NCBI GenBank assembly: GCA_963674965.2
Contig: CAXXFL010000002.1
Location: 160,001 to 224,000, forward strand
DNA length: 64,000 bases
DNA from: a bacterium
GTDB lineage: Bacteria; RBG-13-61-14; DATKZS01
Direction of reading: 5' to 3'
The position numbers were made by a program, and so were the translations under genes. A model generated the notes under the pieces. That model was not told the DNA's origin. It saw only the letters and a program-made list of their open reading frames with translations, and made no database searches. Shown here one piece after another: positions 27,562 to 37,980 of the stretch; position 1 is the stretch's first letter; every line of letters starts with the position of its first letter.

Positions 27562-29556
27562 TCACTTTTCCCGGCCCTCTTCTTGCTCGGGGAAGTAATC
27601 GACAATCAATGGATTGCCGGGTGAAGGGGCCTCGGACCCCGCTGGCAGGGTGATCCAGATGGTCCTCTCCCGGCTGTAATATTGAAATGGAGCCAAGCCA
27701 TCTCCCTCGCTCATGGCCGGATTGAAAACAAAGGGCCGTTCGTTGAAGAGCACTTTCGTGGTAAGGGGTACTTCCACCGACCAGACAAAAAGCATGGGCT
27801 TTGCCAGCTTGGACCGGTAAATCGAAATTCCTTCCCCCTCGACGTTTTCTGCAAGCTCGAAAGAGGAAAGAGCGTCGCGCACGCGGGTGGACTCCAGTTT
27901 ATCAAGTAGCTCGGCAGCCTTGGAGGAACCGTATAAGCTCGAGGCCGACGCGTAGAAAAAGGAAGCCGCGCCGGGCATGGGGGCATCCATGAAGCGGTCT
28001 CCCGCGAAGATCAGGTCATCGGCGGAGAGCGAGTCTTTTCTTTCGCGAATGAACCGGCCAAGCTCGTGGTGCATTAGGTCCCACGTTCCGGCTTTTCTGT
28101 AACCCTCGGCCGCGATGATCAGGAAAAGGCGCTTCTCGCTGGACGGCGGTCCTTGTCCTATCTCCACGTTTTTCCAGGATGAAGCCTTAAAAATGCCTCG
28201 TTTAAAAAAAGGCGAGACGGCGGAAAAGAGTAAAAGGACGCAAATAATATACACGGCCAGGGCGATTTGAGGCCCCCTGCTTTTTAATCGTTCAGGAAGA
28301 GACGAGACCCCGGCGGCGGCAATGATCGCGAAGGCGGGAAGGACCGCCATCCGGAAGCGGCCAAGGTAAAAGACGGTGGCGTAAAAAAACAAAAACCAGA
28401 TAATGGAACACGCCATGGGCCAGGCCCCGCGTTTTTTGAATAGCGCGATCATGCCCGGTCCCAGCGCCAGGATGATGAAGTAATCCAGGAAAAGATTAAG
28501 GGCCCCTATTGACTGGACGGCCGCTGGGGACCAGGAATGACCGAAATCTCCTCGAGTTATCCAAGACGGCGCGGCGTTGTCTATTCTGAACAGACCCGCA
28601 AGGAAGCGGTTCGCGTACATCAAGGCCGCCTTTTTCGGATTTTCCCCGATACACTCGAGGGCCTTGTCCATAAGAAGACTATCGCGATCGCCGTAAGGGA
28701 TTTCGGGGCTGGATAAAAACATAACGTTTCTGGCGAACTCGTTGTACTGGTCGTAACGCCTGGAATCGGAATTCTGGAACTCTCTTATCGATGGCAGTCC
28801 GCCAGGCGATTCGTAATCGCCGCAGTAAGAGACGCTATAGTTATAGCCTTTATAAGTATTGATAAAAATCCATTCTCCAAAATGAGCGCGGGCCGCGGTT
28901 ATGGCCGGAAAAACCGTGAGCAGGGCGGCGGCGCCGCAGAGAATCCATGGGAACGCGTGAGTCTTGAGGTCCCTTGCCTTAACGGCCTTTACTCCGCCCA
29001 CGACGGCCAGCAGGGCGAACATGGAACTGAACTCGGGTTTGAGAAGGCAAAGAAGCCCGGCGGCGACTCCCGCTATAAAGGCCTTAACTTTTTCGTCGGG
29101 CCGTAAAAGCATGAGATGGACGAGGTTTAAGGACAATATAAAAAGAAAAGCCGCCATGGCCTCCCGGTAAAATTTGAAAAAGAAGAATAAAAAGTCCGGG
29201 AAGAAAACCAGAATGGAAGCCGAGGCCAAGGCCGCCCGCCGGCCCATGGTTTTAAGCGCCAGCCTGTAAGTGAGCGCGGTGGTGGGAATGATAAAAAGGG
29301 CCTGCAAGAAAAGAATCAGGAAAGGCTTGAAACCCAAGAGCTTCATGGCAAGAGAAAGGAGGAAAGGATAAAAAACCGGCCGGCACGGGTTGGACGGAAA
29401 GCCTCCAAGAAAAAGCTCGATACCCTGTCCCACGTAGGTTATCGAGTCGTCGCCGGGCCAGGCCCCCCGGGTTGACGGAAACAAGAGGATAATAAACGCG
29501 GACTGGACCGCGAGAAGAAAGATTATTCCTCGCTCTCTTTTAATAAAGTCGATCAT
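27562..29556 (-). CDS. GT-C fold (ArnT/PMT-like, GT39-type) polytopic membrane glycosyltransferase
   Basis: DDSITY, RPVFYP, E-x-M/L, LLKPE, RFRM motifs; many TM segments; ATG at 29556. Confidence 0.75.
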   Translation of the reverse strand: MIDFIKRERGIIFLLAVQSAFIILLFPSTRGAWPGDDSITYVGQGIELFLGGFPSNPCRPVFYPFLLSLAMKLLGFKPFLILFLQALFIIPTTALTYRLALKTMGRRAALASASILVFFPDFLFFFFKFYREAMAAFLFILSLNLVHLMLLRPDEKVKAFIAGVAAGLLCLLKPEFSSMFALLAVVGGVKAVKARDLKTHAFPWILCGAAALLTVFPAITAARAHFGEWIFINTYKGYNYSVSYCGDYESPGGLPSIREFQNSDSRRYDQYNEFARNVMFLSSPEIPYGDRDSLLMDKALECIGENPKKAALMYANRFLAGLFRIDNAAPSWITRGDFGHSWSPAAVQSIGALNLFLDYFIILALGPGMIALFKKRGAWPMACSIIWFLFFYATVFYLGRFRMAVLPAFAIIAAAGVSSLPERLKSRGPQIALAVYIICVLLLFSAVSPFFKRGIFKASSWKNVEIGQGPPSSEKRLFLIIAAEGYRKAGTWDLMHHELGRFIRERKDSLSADDLIFAGDRFMDAPMPGAASFFYASASSLYGSSKAAELLDKLESTRVRDALSSFELAENVEGEGISIYRSKLAKPMLFVWSVEVPLTTKVLFNERPFVFNPAMSEGDGLAPFQYYSRERTIWITLPAGSEAPSPGNPLIVDYFPEQEEGREK

Positions 29557-29600
29557 ATTTACAGGCCTTGCCTTAGCGCCCAAGATGGAAGAACTTCACC

Positions 29601-29778
29601 GAGCTTCTTGTAAAAGTCCTTTTCTTGGCGGCATAGCCGCTTTGGAGCGCGGTCGCTTGAGACCGCTTTTGATGGCCTTGGCTTGACAAGGCCTAATAAT
29701 ACAGCGGCTAGCCTCGCGTCAAGCCGCTCGGAAGAAAAGCGGCGTCGAGCCGCCGCACTCCAAAACGGGACTTTTTAG
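29601..29778 (+). repeat. Repeat family A, copy 1 (about 180-bp MITE-like element with internal REP-like palindromes)
   Basis: Closely similar to 43427-43611 and to the reverse complement of 41350-41535. Confidence 0.85.
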
Positions 29779-29942
29779 GTCATACATCTTCCGGCAACCA
29801 GTATGTAACCTTGCCATATATTGTGCAAATGATTCGGCTTTCATGGCCTGGAGATGAGAGTGAGATAATTTTGCCGACTTATGATTCCAATAGTGTTATA
29901 ATGGCGTACACTTCGGGAGTATTTTCCCGCAAGGAGACGATC

Positions 29943-31028
29943 GTGGCGTACGAAAAGCTTCTGATATATTTCATGAGCGGCACGGGCAACAGCTTCCGCG
30001 TGGCCAACTGGGCGGCCGAGGCCGCGAAGGGGCGGGGCATGGAGGCGGAGGTGGTCCCGGTGAACCGGGGCAATCCCGAGGAGGAGATCGAGGACTCGGA
30101 ACGTCTGCTCCTGGGGTTATTCATGCCCACCCATGGATTCACCGCTCCCTGGCTGGTGATCAAGACCGCGCTGGGCTTCCCGAGGAGGACTAAAGTCAGG
30201 GCCTTCGTCGTGGCCACGCGGGCGGGCTGCAAGTTCGGGGCGCTCTTTACGCCCGGCATCTCCGCCACGGCCTGTTTCCTTATCTCCTTCATTCTGGCCC
30301 TCAAGGGATACAAGGTGATGGGCATAAGGGGCGTGGACATGCCCTCCAACTGGATCGCGGTCCATCCCGGATTCAGCGCCCAGTCGGCCGAGGCCATCAA
30401 GGCACGCTCCCGCCCCAAGTTCGAGAGGTTTGTCGCGTCCATACTCGAGGGCCGGCGGGCATGGCTTTCCTGGAACGTCCTTTACGAGGTCATCTGGGCC
30501 TTAGTCCTCTGGCCCATCTCGCTTGGATACCTCCTCATAGGACGGATATATCTGCCCAAGTTCTTCTTCGCCAACGCCAACTGCAACGGGTGCGAGATAT
30601 GCGCCCGGGAGTGTCCCGTCGGCGCCATCACCATGGTGGGCAAGGAGAACAAGCGCCCCTATTGGTCATATCACTGCGAGAGCTGCATGAGGTGCATGGC
30701 CTTCTGTCCGCGATCGGCCATCGAGGCCAGCCACGCCTGGGCCGCCATCCTGATCTGGTTTTACGGGCCTTTCGCGGTCCTGCTTATCGGGGGCGTCCTC
30801 TGGCTCTGGCCTTCCTTGAATGAGGCTACCTTGCGCTCTTTTTTCTCGATCCTGGGCTGGTTCGTATTTTATCCAGTGGTCATTGCGCTTTATTACCTTT
30901 TCATCAGGGTTACGGGCTGGCGTCCCCTGAACCTCGTCTTCACCTATCTGACATTCACCCACTACTGGAAGCGCTACCACGAGCCCGAGACGAGGGTAAA
31001 GGACGTCTCGAGGAAAGACTCGAACTGA
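29943..31028 (+). CDS. EFR1-family flavodoxin-ferredoxin protein with C-terminal TM helices
   Basis: YFMSGTGNS; CNGCEICARECP and CESCMRCMAFCP; GTG start after AAGGAG. Confidence 0.85.
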   Translation: MAYEKLLIYFMSGTGNSFRVANWAAEAAKGRGMEAEVVPVNRGNPEEEIEDSERLLLGLFMPTHGFTAPWLVIKTALGFPRRTKVRAFVVATRAGCKFGALFTPGISATACFLISFILALKGYKVMGIRGVDMPSNWIAVHPGFSAQSAEAIKARSRPKFERFVASILEGRRAWLSWNVLYEVIWALVLWPISLGYLLIGRIYLPKFFFANANCNGCEICARECPVGAITMVGKENKRPYWSYHCESCMRCMAFCPRSAIEASHAWAAILIWFYGPFAVLLIGGVLWLWPSLNEATLRSFFSILGWFVFYPVVIALYYLFIRVTGWRPLNLVFTYLTFTHYWKRYHEPETRVKDVSRKDSN

Positions 31029-31107
31029 AAGGGAATCAAGCGCGGGCTTGAGAATCCCGGCCTCCTTTGCGATGATAAACGCTTAGCATTCCAAGCGAGG
31101 GGGGACC

Positions 31108-32160
31108 ATGACGTTCGGACGAAGACATTTTTTTCTTTTCACAATAGCCGCGTTTTTTATTTCTCTTCCTTGCTACGCGGACAAGATTCATGACGCGGCC
31201 TTCTCCGGCGACGTGGAGAAGGTGAAAAAAATACTCGACAAGAAGCCGGAAAAGGCCAATGAAGTGGAGAAAAGCTGCGGCTGCACGCCCCTTCATATAG
31301 CCGCGGAGGGAGGCTACTCCGGCGTGGTGAACGCCCTTCTCCAGGCGGGCGCGGACCTCGAGGCCAGAAAGGAGGGCAACGAACAGACGCCGCTCCACTT
31401 CGCGTCCATCAAAGGAAGGCTGGACGTGGTGAAGATTCTGGTGGAAAAAGGCGCGGCCCTGGAGGCGAGGAACTACGTCGGCTACACTCCGCTGCACCTG
31501 GCGGCCTACGAGGGCCAGGCCGAGGTGGCCGAGTATCTTCTTAATAATGGGGCCAACGCCAACGCCAAGTGTAACGACGGCAAGACGCCGCTTCGGATAG
31601 CCGTCGAGCGCGACAAGCCCAAGGCCGCGGCCGTCCTGGCCCGCTCGGACAAGGTGGACCTTAACGCGGCCGGCTATAACGACTTGACCCCCCTTGCCTT
31701 CGCGGCGGCTTCCTCCTCGGCCGAGATGGTAAGGACGCTTATCGATAATGGGGCCGACGTGAACGGAAGATGGCGGGAGGGTTTCACGCCTCTTCACTCG
31801 GCGGCGTTCAAGGGAAACAAGGAAAACGCCTCCGTCTTAATCGAGAAAGGCGCGGAGGTGAACGCCGTCACCAAGACGGGCGTCACGCCTCTTCACCTGG
31901 CGGCGGAAGAGGGCAAGATCGAGGTGGTCGAGTTTCTCGCGTCCAAGGGCGCGAGCGTCAACGCGGCAAACCGGGACGGCAACTCCGCCCTCCACGTGGC
32001 GGCCCATAAAGGGGACAAGGATACCTGCGAGTTGCTCCTTAAACTGGGGGCCGACGTCAACGCCAGGAACAAAAAAGGCCAGACGCCCGTCACCATAGCC
32101 CTCCTGGCCGACAAGAAAAACGTGGCCAGGTTTCTCGAAAAACAGGGCGGGACCGAATAG
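31108..32160 (+). CDS. Secreted ankyrin-repeat protein
   Basis: Signal peptide followed by repeated TPLHxAA...GADVNA units. Confidence 0.92.
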   Translation: MTFGRRHFFLFTIAAFFISLPCYADKIHDAAFSGDVEKVKKILDKKPEKANEVEKSCGCTPLHIAAEGGYSGVVNALLQAGADLEARKEGNEQTPLHFASIKGRLDVVKILVEKGAALEARNYVGYTPLHLAAYEGQAEVAEYLLNNGANANAKCNDGKTPLRIAVERDKPKAAAVLARSDKVDLNAAGYNDLTPLAFAAASSSAEMVRTLIDNGADVNGRWREGFTPLHSAAFKGNKENASVLIEKGAEVNAVTKTGVTPLHLAAEEGKIEVVEFLASKGASVNAANRDGNSALHVAAHKGDKDTCELLLKLGADVNARNKKGQTPVTIALLADKKNVARFLEKQGGTE

Positions 32161-32201
32161 GGAGATCGGATTGACGGCGCTCATCTTGGAAAGGGATTCC
32201 G

Positions 32202-33695
32202 ATGCATAAGAAGTTCGGCTGGCCCATGGCCGCCACCATTATCGCCCTGGCTGTCCTGGTGGTTTCCCACTGCGGCGGCAAGATACCGAGCGGTCCGGGC
32301 AAGAAAAAGGCGCCGGCCTACGTGGGCGGTCCTTTCCAGGCCAGGCCGCTTCCGGCCAAGGACGTGGCGCCTCATCCATGTCTTTCGCCCACGAGCTGCA
32401 TTCACTCGGACTCGTACAACTCCGACGTTGACGACCTGATGGGACCGCTTGGGGTGGACCCCTTCGTCAAGACGGGCTTTATCGGCATGTGTCCGATTAC
32501 CATGTTCGACGGGAAGGGCCGGATGGCGTCCGTCTGCCTCGATAAAGAGGTCATCGGCATGGGCATCACGGCCATTGACCCGGACACGCTCGAGGTGATT
32601 GACCGCTACGCCATTCCCATAGATTTCCGGAAGCTTTTCACGGGAGGGGAGGGCGACCAGGGGGTTTCTGTCAACGGTGGCTATTTCCATCTTGACGCGG
32701 ACGGCCGGGCCATAGTGGGCACGCAGGACAACCGCTTCCTGGTGCTCGAGCTTCGGCCGGGCAAAGGCGGGGCCCCGAGATGGACGAAGATGAGGGAAGT
32801 CGACTTGAACCCTCACCTTCCCAAGGGCCAGGTGCTGATCGACACGGTCCCCGATTGGGAGGGCCATATCTGGTTCGCCTCCTCGGGCGCGGCGATCGGA
32901 TACCTGGACGAGCAAGACCGTGTCCGTAAGATGGACCTTCCGGGAGAGTTCATCGAGAACGGACTGGCCGTGGCCGAGGACGGGGTGTTCGTCCTGACCA
33001 GCGACGCCGCCTATCGGTTCGAGATCGGGCCGGACGGCGAGCCTCGCCCTACCTGGCGGGAGGGCTACGAGAGGAGCGCAACGGTAAAGCCCGGCACCTT
33101 CGCCCTGGGTTCGGGATCGACGCCCACCTTGCTCGGCGACGATCTCATTACCTTTACCGACAACGCCGACTCGCGCGTGAACCTCCTGGTCATGAGGAGG
33201 GGGAACGAGGTTGAAGGCTCCCGTACGATATGCAAGGTCCCTCTTTTCGAGGAGGGCAAGAGCGCGGTGGACGTGTCGATGATAGGATACGGCCGCTCGA
33301 TCATTGTGGAAAACATTTACAACGCGGGCGGTTTCCTTTCCGATTATCGCGGTCTCGAGCCGGGCCTCATTCGGATCGACGTGAGGGATGATCTCGGCGG
33401 ATGCGAAGAAGTCTGGGAGGCGCCTATACGGTCCACCACCGTACCCAAGCTTTCCACCAGGAACGGCCTGATCTACACCTATACTCAGGACGTCGATATC
33501 GAGGACCCGGTGGACGCATGGTATTTCACCGCCGTCGACTTCGAGACGGGCCAGGTGGCGTATCGGGTCCTGGCGGGAACGGGAAAAATGTTCGCCAACG
33601 CCTTCGGGGGAGTGGCTATCGGCCCGAACGGGGCCGTCTACCAGGGCGTGGCCGGCGGAGTGGTCTACATGAAGGACGGCAAAAACGGGCAATAG
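32202..33695 (+). CDS. Exported (lipo)protein, probable beta-propeller
   Basis: N-terminal hydrophobic helix with Cys; HSDSY, IENG, GSGSTPTL motifs; function unknown. Confidence 0.7.
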   Translation: MHKKFGWPMAATIIALAVLVVSHCGGKIPSGPGKKKAPAYVGGPFQARPLPAKDVAPHPCLSPTSCIHSDSYNSDVDDLMGPLGVDPFVKTGFIGMCPITMFDGKGRMASVCLDKEVIGMGITAIDPDTLEVIDRYAIPIDFRKLFTGGEGDQGVSVNGGYFHLDADGRAIVGTQDNRFLVLELRPGKGGAPRWTKMREVDLNPHLPKGQVLIDTVPDWEGHIWFASSGAAIGYLDEQDRVRKMDLPGEFIENGLAVAEDGVFVLTSDAAYRFEIGPDGEPRPTWREGYERSATVKPGTFALGSGSTPTLLGDDLITFTDNADSRVNLLVMRRGNEVEGSRTICKVPLFEEGKSAVDVSMIGYGRSIIVENIYNAGGFLSDYRGLEPGLIRIDVRDDLGGCEEVWEAPIRSTTVPKLSTRNGLIYTYTQDVDIEDPVDAWYFTAVDFETGQVAYRVLAGTGKMFANAFGGVAIGPNGAVYQGVAGGVVYMKDGKNGQ

Positions 33696-33712
33696 GCGCG
33701 GTGAAGGAATTG

Positions 33713-34555
33713 ATGAAGGAAAGGAATAGAATGGGACGGTTTGGGAAAGCGGCGGTTGTTTTACTGGCGGTTGTTTTACTGGGCGCGGCGCCCGAGATCA
33801 AAAAGGTCGAGTCCCTGCAAGGGCCCTTTTTAAAAAGAGGCTACGCGGGATGCGTTCTTATTTGCGACCTCGAGAAGGACGAGTACATGAGCGGCGATCC
33901 CGACAGATGCACGCGCCGCTTTTGTCCCGCCTCCACCTTCAAGATTTTCAACTCCCTGGTTGCCCTGGAAACTGACGTGGCCCTTGGTCCGGATTTCGTC
34001 ATTCAATGGGACGGCAGGAATCGGGGCAGACCTGAGGCCGACAAGGACCTGACCATGCGTGAGGCCATGGACCTTTCCGCCGTGTGGTACTACCAGGAAC
34101 TGGCGAGGCGGATCGGCAAGGAGAGGATGCATAAATACGTTGACCTCTACGGCTACGGCAACCGGGACCTGGCCTGCGGCATAGATACTTTCTGGCTGAA
34201 GGGGTGCCTCGAGATAAGCCCGCTCGAGCAGGTCGAGCTGTTGAAGTCCCTTTATCGTCGCGAGCTTCCCTTTAAAAAGGAAAACCAGGACGCGGTCTAT
34301 TCCATTCTTCCCGAGTACAAGGGCGATGGGTTCAGGATCAAGGCCAAGACCGGGACGTCGAGAAAAGAAAGATTCGTTAACTGCTGGTACGTGGGTTATC
34401 TCGAACTGGAGAAGGGAAAGACCTACGCCTTCGCCACCAACTTCGAGAGCGACTCGAGGGACTTCGAGGCCCTGGCCGAGGCGAGGCTGGGAATTTCCCT
34501 CGAGGCCTTCCAGGCGCTTGGTCTTATCGGACCGCCCGGTGACTCGCGGAAGTAG
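33713..34555 (+). CDS. Class D beta-lactamase (OXA-like) / BlaR-type penicillin-binding domain
   Basis: PASTFK, SAV, YGN, FWL, KTG motifs; signal peptide; start 33713 or 33731. Confidence 0.85.
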   Translation: MKERNRMGRFGKAAVVLLAVVLLGAAPEIKKVESLQGPFLKRGYAGCVLICDLEKDEYMSGDPDRCTRRFCPASTFKIFNSLVALETDVALGPDFVIQWDGRNRGRPEADKDLTMREAMDLSAVWYYQELARRIGKERMHKYVDLYGYGNRDLACGIDTFWLKGCLEISPLEQVELLKSLYRRELPFKKENQDAVYSILPEYKGDGFRIKAKTGTSRKERFVNCWYVGYLELEKGKTYAFATNFESDSRDFEALAEARLGISLEAFQALGLIGPPGDSRK

Positions 34556-34639
34556 GCCACCCGCGAACGGCCGGATGGAGGAGACCCATCCGGCGTGGGG
34601 CCTGGTTCCCGAGCGGTCTTTCGGACTTCATGGGCAATC

Positions 34640-35047
34640 TCAGCCGAGTATCTGATTGATCCTGGCCAGGAACTCCTCACGATCGATGGGCTTGGCGATG
34701 AAACCGTCGGGCGGCGGGACGTGTTTTCTGCTCGAGATGAATTTCTCGAACTCCTCGGATTTGTCTCCAAAGCCGGTTACAGCCGTGACCACCAGCACGG
34801 GCGTGTCCTTCAGCGCGTCGCTTTCCTTGACCTCCCGATAGACCTTGACTCCCGACTTCTCGGGCATGGACATGTCAAGCGTGATAAGGTCGGGCTTTTT
34901 CTGCTTGATTATGTCCATGGCCTCGTTTCCGTTGGAGGCCGCCATCGTCTCGTACCCATTGTCCTTTAAAAGGGTCGTCAGGTAAGTCCTCACGTCTCCC
35001 TCGTCGTCCACTACAAGAATAAGCTTTTTCGCGGCGTCTGCTGCCAT
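34640..35047 (-). CDS. Stand-alone response regulator receiver
   Basis: VVDDE, ITLDMSMP, KP; ATG at 35047 after GGAGG. Confidence 0.9.
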   Translation of the reverse strand: MAADAAKKLILVVDDEGDVRTYLTTLLKDNGYETMAASNGNEAMDIIKQKKPDLITLDMSMPEKSGVKVYREVKESDALKDTPVLVVTAVTGFGDKSEEFEKFISSRKHVPPPDGFIAKPIDREEFLARINQILG

Positions 35048-35147
35048 GGTTAAACTCCTCCCTAATATTTCCTTCAAAGCGGGACTGGACCCCGACGCTC
35101 GCCGGCGGTCCCGCGCCTCGACTCGACGATCTTCTCCCGGGCGAGTC

Positions 35148-35657
35148 CTATTCGCCCTTCAATACCTTCAGCGCCTTGGCCAGTTTCTCCGGGTCGGCGT
35201 TATCCAGGAGGTCCTTGACCTCGTCCTTCATCTCGTCCGGCGACTCGGAGACCTCCATCTTCAAGGCCCGCTTGAGAGCGTTCACGTAGGTGTTAGCCTT
35301 GACGGGCTTCTCGAGATAGGACTCGGGGCCCACGATGGCCTTGCCGCTCATGACGTCCTCGAAGTCCTTCTGGCCCAGGTCGTCCTTGGCGTGGGCCGTG
35401 ACCAGCACCACCGGTATCTTCTGCCAGTCCTTGTTCTTGCGCATCTCATAGAGGAACTTGGCCCCCGATTTCTTCGGCATCACCAGGTCCAAAGAAATGG
35501 CGTCGGGAGCGCTCGTCTTCACCTTCTCGATGGCCTCGACGCCGTCCGCCGCCGTCTCGACCTTGAAGCCCGCGTCCTCGAGCGCGGTCTGAAGAAAAAG
35601 CCTCACGTTCTCCTCGTCGTCGACCACCAACACGGTTTTTTCAGCGGGTGTAGCCAT
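35148..35657 (-). CDS. Response regulator receiver with a short C-terminal helical extension
   Basis: VVDDE, ISLDLVMP, KP; ATG at 35657 after AAGGAG. Confidence 0.9.
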   Translation of the reverse strand: MATPAEKTVLVVDDEENVRLFLQTALEDAGFKVETAADGVEAIEKVKTSAPDAISLDLVMPKKSGAKFLYEMRKNKDWQKIPVVLVTAHAKDDLGQKDFEDVMSGKAIVGPESYLEKPVKANTYVNALKRALKMEVSESPDEMKDEVKDLLDNADPEKLAKALKVLKGE

Positions 35658-35698
35658 TTTAATCTCCTTCCTGCCATTGGTTATGGTTGATAAGCCCA

Positions 35699-37519
35699 TT
35701 AAGCCTTCTTGTTTTCGCCCGAGCCGGTAAGCTCGGGAAGCCGCGACCTTTTGAACTCGAGACGGAAAGTCGAGCCCTCGCCCTCCGCCGAGCTGAGGTT
35801 GACCCGGCCCCCGTGCTCCTGGGTGATCCTTCTCGTCACCAGAAGTCCCAGGCCCGTGCCCTTGCCCGAGCCCTTGGTCGAGAAAAAGGTGGTGAACACC
35901 TTCTTCTTGACCTCGTAATCCATGCCGCAGCCGTCGTCCCTAACCTCGAAGTAAAGCCAGTCGCCCTCCTCATAGGTCCGCATATGAACGCCGCAGTCCT
36001 TCTTGTCGCTCATCTCGCAGGCGTCAATGGCGTTCGAGACGAGGTTGACCAGGCAAGTGTGAATCCCCTCGTGGTCGAGGTTGGCCGGGGCTACGCCCTC
36101 CTGGAAGTCGGCCGTAAGCCTGACGCCCGACTGGGCCGCCACGTCCTTGTAGAGGTCGTACACCTCGCGCGCGATCAGGCTCGGGTCCTCCACCGTGACC
36201 GACGGGGCCCTGCCGCGGGCGAAGTTCAGAAAATCCTTCACGTAGGTGGTGATGCGCTCGATGTTGTTCTGAAGCATCTCCCAGCCCTTGCGGGTCAGTT
36301 CCCTGTCGTCCTTTTTCATGCCCGAGTTGACCACGTACATGCCGCCCTCGAGGCCGGTCAAAACGTTCTTGATCCCGTGAGCCAGGCCCGCCACGGTCTG
36401 GCCCACCGCGGCCAGCCGCTCGGCCTCCAGCATCTCCCGCTCGAGCTGCTTGATCTCGGAGAGGTCCTGGAAAAAGCCGGCCGCCCCCAGGTATTTGCCC
36501 TCGCTGGTCAGGCTGGTCCCGGTGAAGCGGGCGGGTATCTCGGTCCCCTCCTTGTCCGTGATCCTGGTCTCGATCTGAAAGCCTTCGTCGTTGCCCTCGG
36601 CCAGGGCCTTGACGAACTCGTGGGGAGCGAAGTTCTCGAGCGCTCTTAGGCCGATGACCTCCCTCGATCCGTATTTGAAAAGGCGCTCGGCCGAGGGGTT
36701 GAAGATCATGATCTTGCCCTCCTCGTCGGCCCCAATGATGCCGTCCATGGCCGAGTTGATAAGGCTTTCCTGAAAGTCGAAGGCCTCCTTTAGCCTCTCC
36801 TCCAGTATCTTGGTCTGGGTCACGTCAAGGGCCATCTCGATGACGTGGGTGGGCTTGTCGCCTCCCCGGCTCAAGGGGGCCGTGGTCACGATGTAATGCA
36901 CGGTCCTCCCGTGCTTGTCCGTGCCCACCTGGTAGGTCGTGTGCAGCCCGCCGTCCTCGAAGGTCCTCCGGGCCGGGCAGTCGCCGCAAACGTGGTCCTG
37001 CTGCTTATAGATATGGAAACAGCGCTTGCCGAGTGAGTCGCCGAAGGTCTTCCGGAAAAGCTCGTTGTTCCTCACGATGGTCATTTCCCTGTCGAGCACC
37101 ACCACGTAACAGGGAACGCGGTCGAAAAGGAGGTCGTACTCCCTTTGCAGCCGTCGCGACTCGGTCACGTCGCTGGACATCTCGATCACGTAGGCGACCT
37201 TGCCCTCCTCGTCCTTGATGGGCTCGAGGTGGACCACGTAATAGGAGTCGCGGCCGTCCTTGTTGAGGCGCCATTCCTCGGTTACGCGTCCTTTCCCGTC
37301 GTCGAAAGTAAGCTGGGCCTTGCAGCCCTGGCAGGGGGCCTCCCGGTTCTTGAAGACCTTGAAGCAAAGATGGTCGGGGCCCTCGCCGAACTCCCGGATG
37401 AAACTCTCGTTCGCCTCGACTATGCGGAAGTCGCGGTCGATAATCGCGATGTTCGCGGGTATCCGCTCGAACAGCTCGTTACGGAGCCAGTTTTTAAGTT
37501 CCCCGTCCCGCATGTTCAT
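35699..37519 (-). CDS. Cytoplasmic multi-PAS sensor histidine kinase
   Basis: Three PAS domains, two with C-x10-C-x2-C; AGLAHGIKN, FFSTK, GTGLGL. Confidence 0.9.
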   Translation of the reverse strand: MNMRDGELKNWLRNELFERIPANIAIIDRDFRIVEANESFIREFGEGPDHLCFKVFKNREAPCQGCKAQLTFDDGKGRVTEEWRLNKDGRDSYYVVHLEPIKDEEGKVAYVIEMSSDVTESRRLQREYDLLFDRVPCYVVVLDREMTIVRNNELFRKTFGDSLGKRCFHIYKQQDHVCGDCPARRTFEDGGLHTTYQVGTDKHGRTVHYIVTTAPLSRGGDKPTHVIEMALDVTQTKILEERLKEAFDFQESLINSAMDGIIGADEEGKIMIFNPSAERLFKYGSREVIGLRALENFAPHEFVKALAEGNDEGFQIETRITDKEGTEIPARFTGTSLTSEGKYLGAAGFFQDLSEIKQLEREMLEAERLAAVGQTVAGLAHGIKNVLTGLEGGMYVVNSGMKKDDRELTRKGWEMLQNNIERITTYVKDFLNFARGRAPSVTVEDPSLIAREVYDLYKDVAAQSGVRLTADFQEGVAPANLDHEGIHTCLVNLVSNAIDACEMSDKKDCGVHMRTYEEGDWLYFEVRDDGCGMDYEVKKKVFTTFFSTKGSGKGTGLGLLVTRRITQEHGGRVNLSSAEGEGSTFRLEFKRSRLPELTGSGENKKA

Positions 37520-37917
37520 TCCTCGCCCAGGGCGCGCCCGACCGCCTCCAAGAGCCTCGAGGCGCCGACCGGCTTCTCGATGAAGGCCGCCGGCTCGGGC
37601 ACGCGCTTGTCGGGTATCAGCTTGCGGAAGCCCCGGCCGTCGAAATCACGCGCCAGGCTGAAGGCGCTGATGATGATGGCGGGCACGTCCTTGTAGCGCT
37701 CGTCCAGCTTGAGGTCCTTGTAAAAGGCTATGCCCGAGCGCCTGGGCATCATGACGTCCAGGGTGACGAGGTCGGGAACGGACTCCTCGAGCCTCGCCCA
37801 GGCCTCGTCGGCGTCGCCCGCCGAGACGACCTCGTAGCCGTTGTCCGAGAGCACCGCGCAAAAATAGGTGACTATATCGGGCTCGTCGTCAACGATCATT
37901 ATTTTTTTCCCAGGCAT
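37516..37917 (-). CDS. Stand-alone response regulator receiver
   Basis: IVDDE, VTLDVMMP, KP. Confidence 0.9.
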   Translation of the reverse strand: MPGKKIMIVDDEPDIVTYFCAVLSDNGYEVVSAGDADEAWARLEESVPDLVTLDVMMPRRSGIAFYKDLKLDERYKDVPAIIISAFSLARDFDGRGFRKLIPDKRVPEPAAFIEKPVGASRLLEAVGRALGEE

Positions 37918-37980
37918 CTTATGTTCCCATCAACCGTTTGGATTCCATCGCTTATATTAGCATGGCCGCCGAGCGGGCCG

